Of a stretch of 64,000 bases of DNA, positions 25,351 through 38,400 are shown in pieces; positions within the stretch are counted from its first letter, which is position 1, and every line of letters starts with the position of its first letter. The notes beneath the pieces were generated by a model that was given only the letters and a program-made list of their open reading frames with translations, had not been told where the DNA came from and did no database searches. This stretch comes from Ophelia neglecta (taxonomy: Eukaryota). The translations under genes and the position numbers were made by a program. The stretch is taken from positions 20,088,001-20,152,000 of the forward strand of contig OZ260665.1 of the NCBI GenBank assembly GCA_965285935.1, in the 5' to 3' direction.

Positions 25351-25972
25351 TCAATAGCCCCTCTCATTGGCCCGAATCTGCCCTACTTTTGTGCCAGTAA
25401 CAACAGAACTGGTGGATTTTTTTACCAGCTTAAGTCGTGATGGATGCAGGTCAGAATTGGGCACCACTGAGAAGAATTATTGATTGATCCCTCACTCAGT
25501 TGAGGCATCGGCTCCATTATCCGTAGATGAGAATGATTTGTCTGGTCTTGCCCTACACTAAAATAAGTCAGGTACTAGGTCAGAGCAGACTGATTATCTG
25601 CCTTTTCAGTGGTTTCTCTTGGTGTGATACACTGCAATATGAAAGGGATTGACCAATTTAAGCAAGAAGGTAGCATACGATGTGCTTTATATAGTCAAGT
25701 CTCCGGGTAAAGACATACGCCTACTTGTCTATGGCCACTAATAAAACATTAGGCACTGATACGTTCCGAACGCATATCATGTAATCTACGATAGCGTTAT
25801 GTAGGTTACTCTACCGGGCAAATGTAATCGACTCTTTTAATTGGATTTGGATTCTTTAACGACATTAAAGCACTGTGTTTTTTTAATTAGAAGGCTATAT
25901 TTATACAGATAGACGCAATATTCAAGGTGCCATTGACAACTGGGCATAGAGAGACAGCATGCTATTTCATTA

Positions 25973-26345
25973 GGTGCGGTTGGATTGCATTAACCGACAT
26001 GGCAACATCGTTTTAATGACTGCGGCCACCTCAAGCTAATTACACTCATTAAATATGCATGTTCACACAATCCTTTTAATACTCCTTTCCCCGGGAAAGC
26101 TTCAATCTCAAGCAGACTTTAGCTGGCAAATTCTGTTTTTGTGCAAGAGGTATTCCCCATGACAAGTCCGACATGTTGATAGACCACGGAATGAAATGGC
26201 CTTGAATACTATAGCGATGTGAGTTCGGAAGTCGGCTGCCAGCTCGATGGCTGATGTCATGTCATGGCTTCCCCAGCTTCAGCCAAGCAGCTGGCCTATC
26301 GATCTGTTATCACAGTACCGACACAAGCCTGTGTGAGAGCCTCAA
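25973..26345 (+). pseudogene. PAN-like exon remnants
   Basis: Acceptor TTTCATTAG. Reads YACSHN / ESFNLKQTLAGKFCF, then DVSSEVGCQL / YRSV / YHSTDTSLCE. Confidence 0.45.
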
Positions 26346-27360
26346 ATAGAACTATTCCCGGTGGGGCTGCCCCTTTTTAATGTTTAAAGGCAGAATGTAC
26401 TTGGGCACTCTAGAATCCTATATAGCTTTTAAACAAGAGTGCCTGAACATTCTATCAAGAATTCCCAAGACCAAATTGACACAAGGAACATTGTGTGTTA
26501 ACATTGGTGCGCGATGGAGTTAAGTGTAAAAGAAATACCAAAGTGCCACGCCATTGGTTTCGAGTTAAAAGCACTCAGGGGAGAAGCCATACCTGAGCAT
26601 GGACACGTGTACACACACAAATAATATATAGCCTGCACCTCCTTGAGGATCTCGGCTGAGGATATGGCGCTTCCTTGAACATTTTATGGAAGACTGTGAA
26701 AATTGAGAAATAAAAAACCCACAACAGTGAGTATCCGTGTGTGTGCCAGGCAACCCCATCTCCCTGGTCAGAATTATCTCACCTCGGACATTTCGCCACT
26801 TCTGATCTAACAGTTTAAAAGATCACACGCGCCATAATCCGCTTCTGAGCCCCTTGAAATCGACCCTCCTCTCCGTGGATCGCCCTCTTTGGCCAAAGCA
26901 TACGACCCGTGGAGCGGAGGCGTGGAGAGGAGGGATAACTTCAAGGGGCTATATCTGTTTATATATGATATCACGAACGCCTCTTGGCCCAAATATGACA
27001 CATTAAACTCGTTGACGTAGGCAGCACCATCCAGAATGGTCCTACCTCTCGCCACCCTAGTTTATATGCAATTCACGTGGGTCTTGTACAATGGAGGATG
27101 TTTTTACTATCATATTACCTGCGGGGGGGGGGGGGGAGGGGAATTCAAGCCTCTTGATATCACCGACTCTAGTAACAAATCAATAACCTCTCTCTGGCAC
27201 TTCTGTCTTTACCAGAGGTGAAGGACATTCATTGCATATTTTAATATCGCTCAGTACCAATATTGATGTGAATATGCAAGTTTTAAAAGGAGCAATTTTA
27301 ACAGACTATTGAACCATTGTAATAGCAAACAGATCAGTACAGGGTGTCTATATATGACAA

Positions 27361-28550
27361 GGATTCAGGTGTGGATGGACGGTAACTGTCCGCTGTCTTG
27401 GTAGTTCCACCTTAACAAAGTCTTCCGAGATCATCCCAATAATGTCCATCCTAACATCACGCTGCTGAAAAGGTATGCAAAATACTAGATACCTAATGGC
27501 AGTCATACACTAGGAACACACAGACTGTGAACTGTTTAACCCTACCTTATGCAGCAGTGTTTCATCATAGACTTTCTCGCCGTCCTCGGCCCCCTTTAGG
27601 CCTTCCGACCTGCCGTTAGCAACCACCTTCAGGTCAGCTGGTCCTCTCTCAGCATACATGGTACAATTCACCAATTTATCCAATGAATATGGTATCCTAT
27701 TAGGTTATCCTTAAAATTGCATGTTTTTCGTAAATTCCTGTTGATTAATCCTCAGTGGTGGTTTATGTCAGTTATAACGTCTCTTCCTGACACTGTTCTG
27801 ATTATTCGAGAGGTTTGTTTATATATTGTATCGCCTATGGCTACTATTGGCTAGCCTACAAGATCGACATCATAATTTAATGTCTAAGTCAGTAGTGAGT
27901 GTGCCGCCTTCTAACCAGTTCAATGTTAACCGTTAGATGCGGTATTCCTGGTGCCCTTGTACCTCTCTATATCCCTAGTGTGTGCCTTGCGTAGACCCAG
28001 GTTCTACAAGACAACAATCTATCGTTTTAATATATTCTGGTCGGCGCCTCGGAGAAAGCTTGATAGAAACACAGACTTGGGACTCGTTTACACTACAGCC
28101 AGATATTTAGAAATTGCCGACGTTCCCATATGGCGGTAAACAATGAGCCTGTGAGCGTGTACAGCCGGAGTATGGGCCGGTTGGAGTACCTAGAATCCCC
28201 TGGAAGATCGATAGCGGCCGAGGACACTTCATTCACACGCTCGTACCCAGAAGCTCGGCATGGAATGCAGACGATATACCGTAGATCTATCCCTGCCGGT
28301 TATAACAGCACCTATATTGTCCTTAAACTGTCCAACGGCCCTGTGTTATTATAAGATGTGAAAGGCTGCAGTTTGAGATGATTCAGCCATGTGAGGGAGG
28401 CGGGCTGTTAAGGGCTGTCTGTTTTAGCAGTGCTACTGTCCTAGATGGCCCGCTGCCCAGTGCTTACTGAGGTCTGCTGTGGAGAATGCAAGGCCGCCTG
28501 TAGCAGCCATCAGCTGTCTGCAAGAACCGCCAGGGGACGCCACTGATGAA
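27361..28550 (+). pseudogene. PAN-like exon remnants
   Basis: Reads GNCPLSW*FHLNKVFRDHPNNVHPNITL / MAVIH*EHTDCELFN, then SLVCALR and ECKAACSS / AVCK. Confidence 0.5.
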
Positions 28551-28779
28551 CTCATGACATTAGGCCATTAAAGATAACGCGCTTGTCATCATAGGGTATA
28601 GTAGTATGAAATAATATAGAACCTAACCCTAAACGCGGTTTGAAGTTTAGCCTTAGTTGATGTGAATTGAAGTGCAAAGACTGGGGAACACGCATGTGGC
28701 GATGCTCGCACAGTTCACCAATATATATGTTGACTATCCACTGATGTTCATACCTATCGCCCTCGACAGAGGGATAAAA

Positions 28780-29200
28780 TAGTAAGTTCCTCTTAGTAAA
28801 AAGGCCTTTGTTTCTAAAACTGTTAAGTTTAGAGGTGTACTGATCTGGAATTTTGAATCTTGTAATTTTGATTGAAAATTGTTCTATAATATCTTTTAAG
28901 AAACTTCTGAATATAATACCTTTTACTGTCCGATAACCCTTCAGTTGTTTTATAGTAGAGTAGTTCTATTGCCATGTTCATTGCACCTAATAGATATTGT
29001 ATAGTTTTGTTTTTGTCTTAACGCTTGCTGTATCATGATGAGTCTCATTTATCGCCCGACACAATGCACGTGCACTGTTATTAGGGGTCCAATACTCGTT
29101 AACCATATATGTACCATTTGTATATAAGTAATGATTTGTATTTTTTTGGATTAGATATTCAGATTTTGTGCGATAGATAATATTGTTTCTTGCTTTTATT
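28780..29200 (+). mobile_element. CR1/L2-type LINE 3' end
   Basis: Reads VPLSKKAFVSKTVKFRGVLIWN...SFKK, followed by an AT-rich 3' UTR. Confidence 0.65.
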
Positions 29201-29396
29201 GTTAACTTAATTAAAATTAAGGATGCGCGAAATTGCCCCCTTTTTATACTGTCCGCGTAATAAACATACTTCTAGCGCGAAATGGAACTTCTTTTTTGTG
29301 CGGAAGAAGACGATACCCTAAAGTGCTTAATTCCTGGCCTAACAAATTATGGCCCTGGGATTAAGCAGGTGAGGGTATAATGGAGAGTAATAATTG

Positions 29397-29600
29397 CAGT
29401 GGCGGATTTAGGGTGGGGAAGGGGCAGGTGGCCCGACAACCCCCCCCCCCCCCTTTTTGCCTGGACCAGGGCCTATTTCTGGACCCATGCAAGATGGTTT
29501 CAGAGGGTTGGTAACGGGGACAATCCAGACATTTGCTTGTCAGCCTTGAAAAATTTGACAGCCCCCCCCCCCCCTTCCTGAAATCCTGGAACCGCCACTG
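29397..29600 (+). mobile_element. hAT-like MITE (CAGTGGCGGA TIR), copy 1
   Basis: TIRs CAGTGGCGG / CCGCCACTG. Colinear with 40483-40688. Confidence 0.8.
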
Positions 29601-30672
29601 GGTATGGTGTATCATGGTGTTTTATTCCAAATCTAAATATGACTGCAGGCCTACCAGTCACATGACATGCGCCGTAAGAAAGTGTGGGTTCATATTGGAT
29701 GTATAGCAAACCCCGAGCTGTAGGCAGGACAAATTAATATCAACACTCGGCTTACACTATGTTCATACCCCAAGGCCATGGCTAGTAGGCAGTGTGGTTC
29801 ACTTCCTGAGATTTTTAAATGCAATTTGGAGGAATAAAGATAGCACACGCACAGTATTAATAAGCTAAAATAGAATATTTTATATCGGACAAATACATAT
29901 GATATATATGCTTAGTTATTTTTGATAAAATCTATGACGGCGCATAATACTCGCAGGACCTTAAAGCAGACAAAAAGGCCTTTATTGATAAATAAAACAA
30001 CAAACCAAAAAAGTACCATAGGACCTATTTATACTTTGGGGTAAAAATATCAATATACTTTGTCAACAAAATGGTGAACTGTAGCAAAATACTCAAAAGG
30101 TATTGACCCTCCTCAAACTGGTGTATCCTCAGATTTATTCAAGAAAATAGATTCCATTTTTACGGAATAATCGATGGTTGTTTATCTCGGGGCCTGCTCT
30201 CCAGATAAAAACGGGAACATAGGATAGTTTACACCTTTGAAAAGTACCCCCTTTTCAACTGATTCCGAGTGAAAAATGACTTTTTTTCAGCGTTTTGTAT
30301 CTTAAAAAACACCCTTTTAAAAAAAAAGGAACTCTTTTAGGTAAGGGAAGGAAATGCTTAAATATTTTCTTAACCTAGTAACTCGACCAGAAAACACATT
30401 AGCGTTATGAACACAACCACGGACACCATCTGGCCAACCATTTCCTGTTGTGATCAAACCGAAAAAATAATCATTTTCTAATTTCGCGAAGTATGTTTAA
30501 AAAGGTGCCATCTTTCAGATTTTCGCGTACATGCAAAGTGGAGAAAAATATCCATTTCTTTCGCGAAATTGGTAACGAATATGCCTAACAATTTGCGCAA
30601 GAAGTGCAGGCTCCGGAAGTTTAGAATCCAACTGGCTACAGTCACTGAATGTGCTGACATTTTAGCCTGCAG

Positions 30673-30906
30673 GGTCCGGTTTCTGAAAGCGGTCTTTAAT
30701 TTAGAGATTAGATTAGCCTATAACCGATTAGCTTAGAATTTCAACTTTAATCTGTTTTTTCTTTCACCAGGGTTAAGTTTGAGACCAAAATGGCTAGATT
30801 TAAGACCAAATCTAGCTTCCAGAAACACTGATTAGCAAGTTAATAGTGATTAAGCATTTTAATCCTGATTTTAATCTGAGTTAAGACCGTTTCCAAAAAC
30901 TTGGCC
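30673..30906. mobile_element. PIF/Harbinger-like MITE, copy 2
   Basis: TIRs GGTCCGGTTTCTGAAAGCGGTCTT / AAGACCGTTTCCAAAAACTTGGCC, with CAG on both flanks (3-bp TSD). Confidence 0.72.
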
Positions 30907-32262
30907 CAGGAAACTTTGTCAATAAGACCAGCTACCCATCTTCAGGGAAAAGCCCTAAGAGCACATACTTCCTAATATGGATTAATACCGACAAGGACAC
31001 TGCAAAGAGAGGAGATACCGTAACTCAGCTGCTACCACTAATCCTGACCAATCTAACACAGCTCAATTAGACGCTGGGTGCTTATTTAATTGCCATCGTG
31101 GGATCATTTCCTGTTTTCCAGGGGAGCAGGTGTAAGATTGGTCCCAAAGCTTTACTATATAATGAGTCTTCACGACTGATTTAATCCATAAAAGCATCAG
31201 TCAACCATGTTGGTTTTTCATATTTTGGTTTTTTAATTCAACCCTTGGTAACAAGTGGTATATATCCATTTGAATCATAAAAGCATTTAGGGAAAACAGT
31301 ACATCTTGATTAAACTCATGACAACCAAAAATTGTAATTTATAGGCGCCTTGCTTACGATTTGATATCTTCTTGATCCATTGTTATTGTTCCCATGCTTG
31401 AGAACAATAGTACTCTATTTATTTATGGTGTCCTTGCCAAGTGAATCGTCTGATCAGATTTAGATTAGATTATTTTATTTGACCAAAAACAAAAACAAAA
31501 GCATATATCTTATACATGTCAACTGGGAAAAGAACTCTTTTATTACACGTGTATTTTTGATGATCTACCATACTATGTTGTCTCTATCTTATTCCTTTTT
31601 CTATCCCTATATTAACTATTGTATGGGGATAAGGGATAATACCTGATTGATTGATTGATTGATATTGATCTATATGATACCATCTATAACTACAGGAAAC
31701 TTACGTACATATTTCTTTTCTGACACGGCTCTTTTGTAGACTCATCATCACCCAATATTTTATCATACAAATCACATTTCGTGTCGGTTATTCATGCTGC
31801 CCCCCCCCCCCTCCAAATTCTAGTGTACTCATTAGGAGCCACTGCTTGTGCTACCCACCAGTATCCCCCTTGTCTCCACCCCTACTGAGACCCCCCCCCC
31901 CCCCCTCTGAATTTATACCATTCCCGGGTAGTATTTACATAACTCGCCTTTTTTCAACTCACCACTCGTATATTTTTAAACTCGCCACTAGTGTGATTGT
32001 ATTGCCACTCGCTTTTTAACTCGCCACTCGCCACCAAGGTAAAGGTCACACTCGGTTTAATAAGACGATGCACGGCGTTTTACCCGGTTTAATTCATCCC
32101 ACAGTAAATTACGCCGTTCACGTTGTCGATTAATACTGTCTAGCCAAGATGAGTGATTATGAAGATTATGTGTCTCATCTGGTACAGCTAGTCAATTACT
32201 TGTCGATTACTTGTCAATTACTTGTCCTCCAGCTCAGCCTGATTAATGTAATTCCTTGTTAA

Positions 32263-33570
32263 CCTTTTCACCGCAGCTCGCGGATTAGCTGTCAAAAGGA
32301 TGCCAACTATATCCAAATGAATATGCATATCTGAAACTTTATCGTAGTTTTCTTGTCCATATTGAATCATCCTTTTCATGAATATTTAGCAAAATAACTA
32401 AAATGGGTCACCCTACACGGAGATGATTCCTAAGGGCTGAACGGAATATCTCCTGAGGCCAGAAACTAGAGTTTTGCACCGTGGATTGCATGACAATTCA
32501 TTGATTAACATACCCATTTACAAGACTATTCAGATGGTGTTTGGAACGCTCCGCATTTTGACTTGCCTTAGTATATGAAAAAAAGCCTCTTCAAACATGC
32601 ACATAGTTCAGTACCGCTCCGAGTCGAACTCTCTGCAGTCTATAGCTGACGTTTTAATAGTTTTAAGTATCTACTTGGCACCACCCTTGTATTGTTCGTT
32701 CTTCTCAGTGGAAACATGTTTTTCACCATTTTGTAATTTCAATGAGTTACCAGTTCATTACAGGATTCGAAATGTTTTTCATGTCTTATTTTAATTTCAT
32801 TTATACTTGCTTCCATTGTTATACTTGGTTTATTTGTTTTGCTAACGCATATCCATTTATTTAATAAAAAACATAATTACTCGAGGGCATATAAGTCTAC
32901 CTCACTGTAGAATGATATATCTGCTTCTCGTTCTAGTCTTGCCAGATTGTTTGCAAACTGGCGCTTGGCTAGCTTGTATTTGCGGTAGGAAGTGTGCTGC
33001 ATCCCGCGGGGCCTGCCCTCACGTATCCAGACAGAACGGAGGAAAAACTGATTATTTTGAAGTTCAAAAGCCAGTTGTGCAGGTAAGTAGAACGCGAGGT
33101 GTATATTCGGGGATCGCAATTAAAATCTTCCATTTTTATACTTGATTTATTTGTTTTGCTAACGCATATCCATTTATTTCACTTTACATAGAAACATAAT
33201 ACTTGAGGGCTTATAAGTCTTGTTATGCTTCATCACCCGTTTTGTCATTTCTATATTTACATTTAAATTTTGTCTCATAACATATGTTGCAACTATACTT
33301 ATTATAATTGAATTGTTTACTCATTCTGTCACATACTTATTATTTATCTTTTGCAGCGGCTATAAATTTACTTACTTAAAGCATTAACCTCGGCTGTAAA
33401 TAGGTTATAAGCCTATAATAAAGACGTATAATTACGAAATTGAATAACTGAAACGTTTCTAATTGGTACAGAAACATGCCCAGGGTACTGCGCAGAGATT
33501 TGTACATTATTTTGATAGTCGAGATTGATATTGCGATCGCAAATACACTTTTTATGGAATAGTCAACGGG
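32263..33570. mobile_element. Possible old piggyBac-like non-autonomous element
   Basis: TTAA|CCTTTTCAC...GTCAACGGG|TTAA. The TIR match is weak. Confidence 0.35.
32809..33220 (+). repeat. Direct duplication of about 90 bp (32809-32898 and 33127-33220)
   Basis: Both copies contain TTTATTTGTTTTGCTAACGCATATCCATTTATTT...GAGGGC.TATAAGTCT. Confidence 0.8.
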
Positions 33571-33954
33571 TTAAACCAACCATGTTAACATGATCATTCT
33601 ATCAGCCCATCGTGTAAAGTGGTTCCACTGGATCGGTCGATATTTTATCCACCAGTACTTGGTGCTATCTTGGGTTTCTGGCCTAAAATTCAATGTAACT
33701 ATATATTTCAGATCAACTATATATATCATTCACTATATAATTTATGTAAGCTAAATGGCTTCTAGATGTGTCATATTTTAAGTCAGACACTACTACAATG
33801 TATACAAAGGATAATACTTTCATTCAATAGTTTTTTAATTCAAAATAAAGTCTTGGTAATGAACGCTCATGTAATCTATAATAAGGATTTAGCTTACCGG
33901 ATTTTTTGAGAAAGAGTCTTGACCATTTTTTTTAGTTATTGTGTACAGCTTGTC

Positions 33955-34390
33955 AGTGACGTTGACTGTAGATTATTGAGTCCTAGCCAGTAATATTGAC
34001 TGTAGATTATTGGGTACAAGCCAGTTATATTGACTGTAGATTATTGGGTACTAGCAAGTTATAGTGACTGTATATTATTGGGTACTAGTAAGTGATATTG
34101 ACTGTAGATTATTGGGTACAAGCAAGTTATAGTGACTGTAGATTATTGGGTACTAGCAAGTTATAGTGACTGTAGATTATTGGGTACAAGCAAGTTATAG
34201 TGACTGTAGATTATTGGGTACTAGCAAGTTATAGTGACTGTAGATTATTGGGTACTAGCAAGTTATAGTGACTGTAGATTATTGGGTACTAGTAAGTGAT
34301 ATTGACTGTAGATTAGTGGGTACTAGCTAGCTATTTTGACTGTAGATTATTGGGTACTAGCCAGTGACATTAACTGTAGATTATTGACTT
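33955..34390. repeat. 34-bp minisatellite, ~13 copies (GACTGTAGATTATTGGGTACTAGCAAGTTATAGT)
   Basis: Period 34, e.g. 34201 to 34235. Confidence 0.95.
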
Positions 34391-34837
34391 GTTCCATTTT
34401 TTCGTTTTAATACAGCTATTTAACACAATGAACACACACACAGTATAGTGTGGGAGCGTAAAATATACGGGCGATAACGAAACGTTATAACGTGAACGGG
34501 TAATTGTCAGTCACGTGACTGGGTAATTGGTCAACTTGCATTTTGTCTTATTTTACGTATTGCTCTGTACGCCACTGTATACCCGCGTTAATGTGATACT
34601 TTACCAGTACAACGAATCTTGTGAACTCAGACCATCCTAAGGACTGGGAAATACGGGTCTAATTATGAAGATGATCTGTTTCCCTCAGAGCCCCTAAATA
34701 TGATAAAGCGCCATTTTCATTATGCGACTACCAAGACATAATTATGATCGCACAATTCGATAGTTTTCAGGCTTCCAGTAACAATGTCATCTTTCCTTTT
34801 TGGTTTCTACTCCGGAGACATGTCTAAGGTATTCGTA

Positions 34838-35488
34838 ATACGTGTGTCCTTGAAGTCTGATTGGAGTAGGTCCATATACTGGTACGTGTCTCTTTGAAGT
34901 CTGATTGGAGTAGGCCCGTATACTGGTACGTGTCTCCTTGCAGTCTGATTGGAGTAGGCCCGTATACTGGTACGTGTCTCTTTGAAGTCTGATTGGAGTA
35001 GGCCCATATACTGGTACGTGTCTAATTGGCGTAGGCCCGTATACTGGTACGTGTCTCCTTGAAGTCTAATTGGCGTAGGCCCGTATACTGGTACGTGTCT
35101 CCTTGCAGTCTGATTGGAGTAGGCCCATATACTGGTACGTGTCTCCTTGAAGTCTGATTGGAGTAGGCCCGTATACTGGTAAGTGTCTCCTTGAAGTCTG
35201 ATTGGAGTAGGCCCGTATACTGGTACGTGTCTCCTTAAAGTCTGATTGGAGTAGGCCCGTATACTGGTAAGTGTCTTCTTGAAGTCTGATTGGAGTAGGC
35301 CCGTATACTGGTAAGTGTCTTCTTGAAGTCTGATTGGAGTAGGCCCGTATACTGGTACGTGTCTCCTTGAAGTCTGATTGGAGTAGGCCCGTATACTGGT
35401 ACGTGTCTCCTTAAAGTCTGATTGGAGTAGGCCCGTATACTGGTACGTGTCTCCTTGAAGTCTTATTGGAGTAGGCCCGCACATTGGT
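34838..35488. repeat. 44-bp minisatellite, ~15 copies (TACTGGTACGTGTCTCCTTGAAGTCTGATTGGAGTAGGCCCGTA)
   Basis: Period 44 (34921 to 34965), with one shortened unit near 35020. Confidence 0.95.
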
Positions 35489-38400
35489 GTGCATACCTAC
35501 GAATCTGGAGTATGTGTGTGTGGTATATAACTGGTAGTAATATACGGCTGGATTGTCCGACATTAAACGTGCCGCCCGCTTAACAGCTATAACATCGAAA
35601 AAGTCGGCACATTATCAAAGACAGCTTATTTATCTAGGAAAAAATCCCGAAAAGTTACTTAATGGGGGAGTGGAATGATTAAGGATGGCATCCACCCCAG
35701 TTATACCAGCTAGGAACCCTAATGGTCAGATTCAGCCTGCATGCAATTTATCCGATGCAAATTATGCTTTTTAGAGGCAATTTTACCGTAATTGTTCATA
35801 AAGTTTTTCTCATTGTACGTTTTTAAAACCTTTGGACCTTCACCTTATTGTCTTTGACACCTCTGGTCGTAACCAAAAGTTTGGCACCCCAGCAAACTCT
35901 TGATAAGCAAAGTAAGAACCGCTTTTTTAACGTAATCGCATTTGAATTGGATTATTTTCAAAAATACTTTCATTTTAATTCATTAATACAGAGGCAAAGT
36001 TGCACCTAAGTGCTTATTTCAACATCTTAATTTCACAGTTCAACATCTGAACATCACATTTGCTCCCGTATCACAAAGACTAGATGGGTATAGATTTGAT
36101 TTTTTTGTATGCAAATAAGCGCCATTTATGAGCCGTTGTACTGGATACACCGTTATTCTACATTTCATAATATAGCCCTTAAATGCATATGTATTTTATT
36201 AATAGGACTGTTCTTTCATTAGAATGGCCCATGAAAATAACCCTATAAGAGCAGAAAATTCCTTCGAGCCAAATATTTAAATTAGGGAGCAAAATTGCAG
36301 ACAATATATAATCTATAGCTCATTCTATGCTCATTTTACCTGGACTGCATTTGGTAGGCTGACCGTTGCTGCAAATTAGATTTCCATTTACCGTAAGTGT
36401 ATGTTTGGCGGCATTGCCAGTTGACACAGTTAAGTGCCTTTCAAACTGTGTAGGCCTATACTATTTTCAAAGACCAATTTGCCAATTGTAGGTTTTGCTG
36501 ATGCTAGTTCTGGCTGTTTCTATTGAAAACTGAAAGATTTTTTAATAAATACTCAGTGGTATATAACACAAATTTATAATAGCTAGCTGGTCCCGATCTA
36601 TAGTCACACATGCATCTAAAAGTCAGCATTCCATCCATTCTATAGCCTATCTGCCTGCGTATCTCATATACTTGTATTAAAAGTCAGGCTACAATTGTTT
36701 ATATCGTATCAGAAATGATCAGATCATGTTATATAAGTGTTACTAGTTAACTAGTCTTTTCACTTTTCTGTGGGCTTCTGTAGGTTGTAGTGACCTATAA
36801 AGGAGTTTCCCCATGCAGTGGCACCCCCTGTTGGGCTGTTTTAGAGCTTTGAGGACCTATAAAAATATCTGGCCATCTGGTCTGTGATTGGCCAAAAAAG
36901 CTAGCCTAGCTGTATAGCATGCTGGAATATGTGTTATTCATAAGATAGACATAAGGTCTTATCAATAAGGAATAATTCATAGACGCATACTGGTATTCTT
37001 GCCGCAATGGTGGCCATGGAAAAGACATGTCACACATTTTGCGTGAGCCATTTTAGGAGGCCGGCACCTATATGGACATAAAGAGGGAAAAAATGATCAT
37101 TTCTCCAAGCTCACAAAGAAAAAAAATTGCCAACTAAGCTATGCTCATTTTTTTTGTGTTGTTGCCTTAACTAGTGTCTTTCAGTGAAACACAGCAGCTA
37201 AGCCCGAGCAATATCGTGAATAACCAGCTAAGCATAAAACAAATTCAGTGGTTAATATAATGACTGTGGAAATTTATATGCAAAACTGGAGCCAAACGAT
37301 GAAAAACATACCCCATTACACAACCATCACCTTCCACGAGAATCTAATAATAAAAAATATGCCCATGACAGTGATCACATGGGGCGGCAGGAGTTTCCCT
37401 AGTACGTACGTCATTGACATTATTGGGCCATAAAAACCGCGGACAATCTCGGTTAGGTATTCATTAATTTGATCAATCATTCATATAATGCGTATTTGCA
37501 ACATTTCAGGAGAGAAAAACTGAAAATAATGGCACATGTTCCAAAGAAAAATACCTGTAGGACTGACCAGACTATGTATATCTAGATCATTCTGATTAGG
37601 AGTCGAGAAAAAAGAAGCTGAGTGACGCACATTTACGTCCAGTGCCGTCCTTGAGTGTTTGTTTATTGATTCTCGAGTTTGGAGTCAGTAATTTCAAGTA
37701 TCGAGTATGAAATCCCGTGTGTCGAGTATGAATATCGAATCTCCCTATCTTCAATATTCTCTTGAGATTCTGATATCGCGCCCGGCCAACGGTCTAAAAA
37801 ATGTAATGTGACTTTAACTCTTTTGTATTTGTCAGGATAGCATTAATAAAGTGCCAGTCTATTATTTGTATTGGCGTTTTAATCATTGCGGATATATCAC
37901 AAATCACGGTTTGATGCTGTGTATACAGTCTACAGTGTATTATAAACATGATATATACACTTGAGGTGGCCAGCTTCTGTCCCGTGATCAGGGGTTGGGG
38001 AGGGGGGGGGCACTAGCGTATGAAATTGGTGCGGAAGTTGCGAGATGCCTCCAGTGGTTGTCAAGGGAGCTGATTTTTGTGTGAACCAACGATAATCAAT
38101 GTAGGCCCTGCCGATATTTATCAAGAAACCAACGCACTACGTAACTGATATTTTCTTTCATAAATTCTTTAGGCACCTCAAAGGTCATATTATTATTCCG
38201 TTAACAGGGAGCGAGTTGGCCTAAAACAAATCTCCGATAAGAGCGAGTTTGACCAGAGAAATGACCATATCGAGCGGGTTTCATCCCAGGCTTCTATACA
38301 GAGCCGGTCCATGCTGAAAGTATAATAAAACGTAGTGGATATTTACTTTGAATAAAGTGCTGGGGGAGGGGGGTGGGGGTGGGGAGGGGCTTCCATGGTG

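Larger units (their letters stand above)
611..28550 (+). pseudogene. Decayed multi-exon gene encoding many tandem PAN/apple-like domains (boundaries approximate; may begin upstream of the window)
   Basis: At least 12 plus-strand segments, most behind pyrimidine-rich AG acceptors. Allowing stops and frameshifts, they give the PAN spacing C-x3-C...C-x-S/A-x2-Y...C-x-L. Examples: TKTCSSLNYANSTSV, CVMACYDDTQ..KNCELF, FTYD..CNLK, HFLCRSF..LCTI, CLETC..SIEY..GK*, CCSAC..CLSM..RRCHTL, MAVIH*EHTDCELF, ECKAAC..VCK. Confidence 0.62.

Noticed and set aside
26848-26950. The hairpin as a SECIS element or hammerhead ribozyme
   Set aside because: It lacks the RUGA/GA quartet with apical AA, and lacks the CUGANGA/GAAA core, on either strand.
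33955-35488. CRISPR-like appearance of the regularly spaced repeats (also 57669-58038)
   Set aside because: The units are head-to-tail with no unique spacers, there are no cas genes, and the context is eukaryotic.
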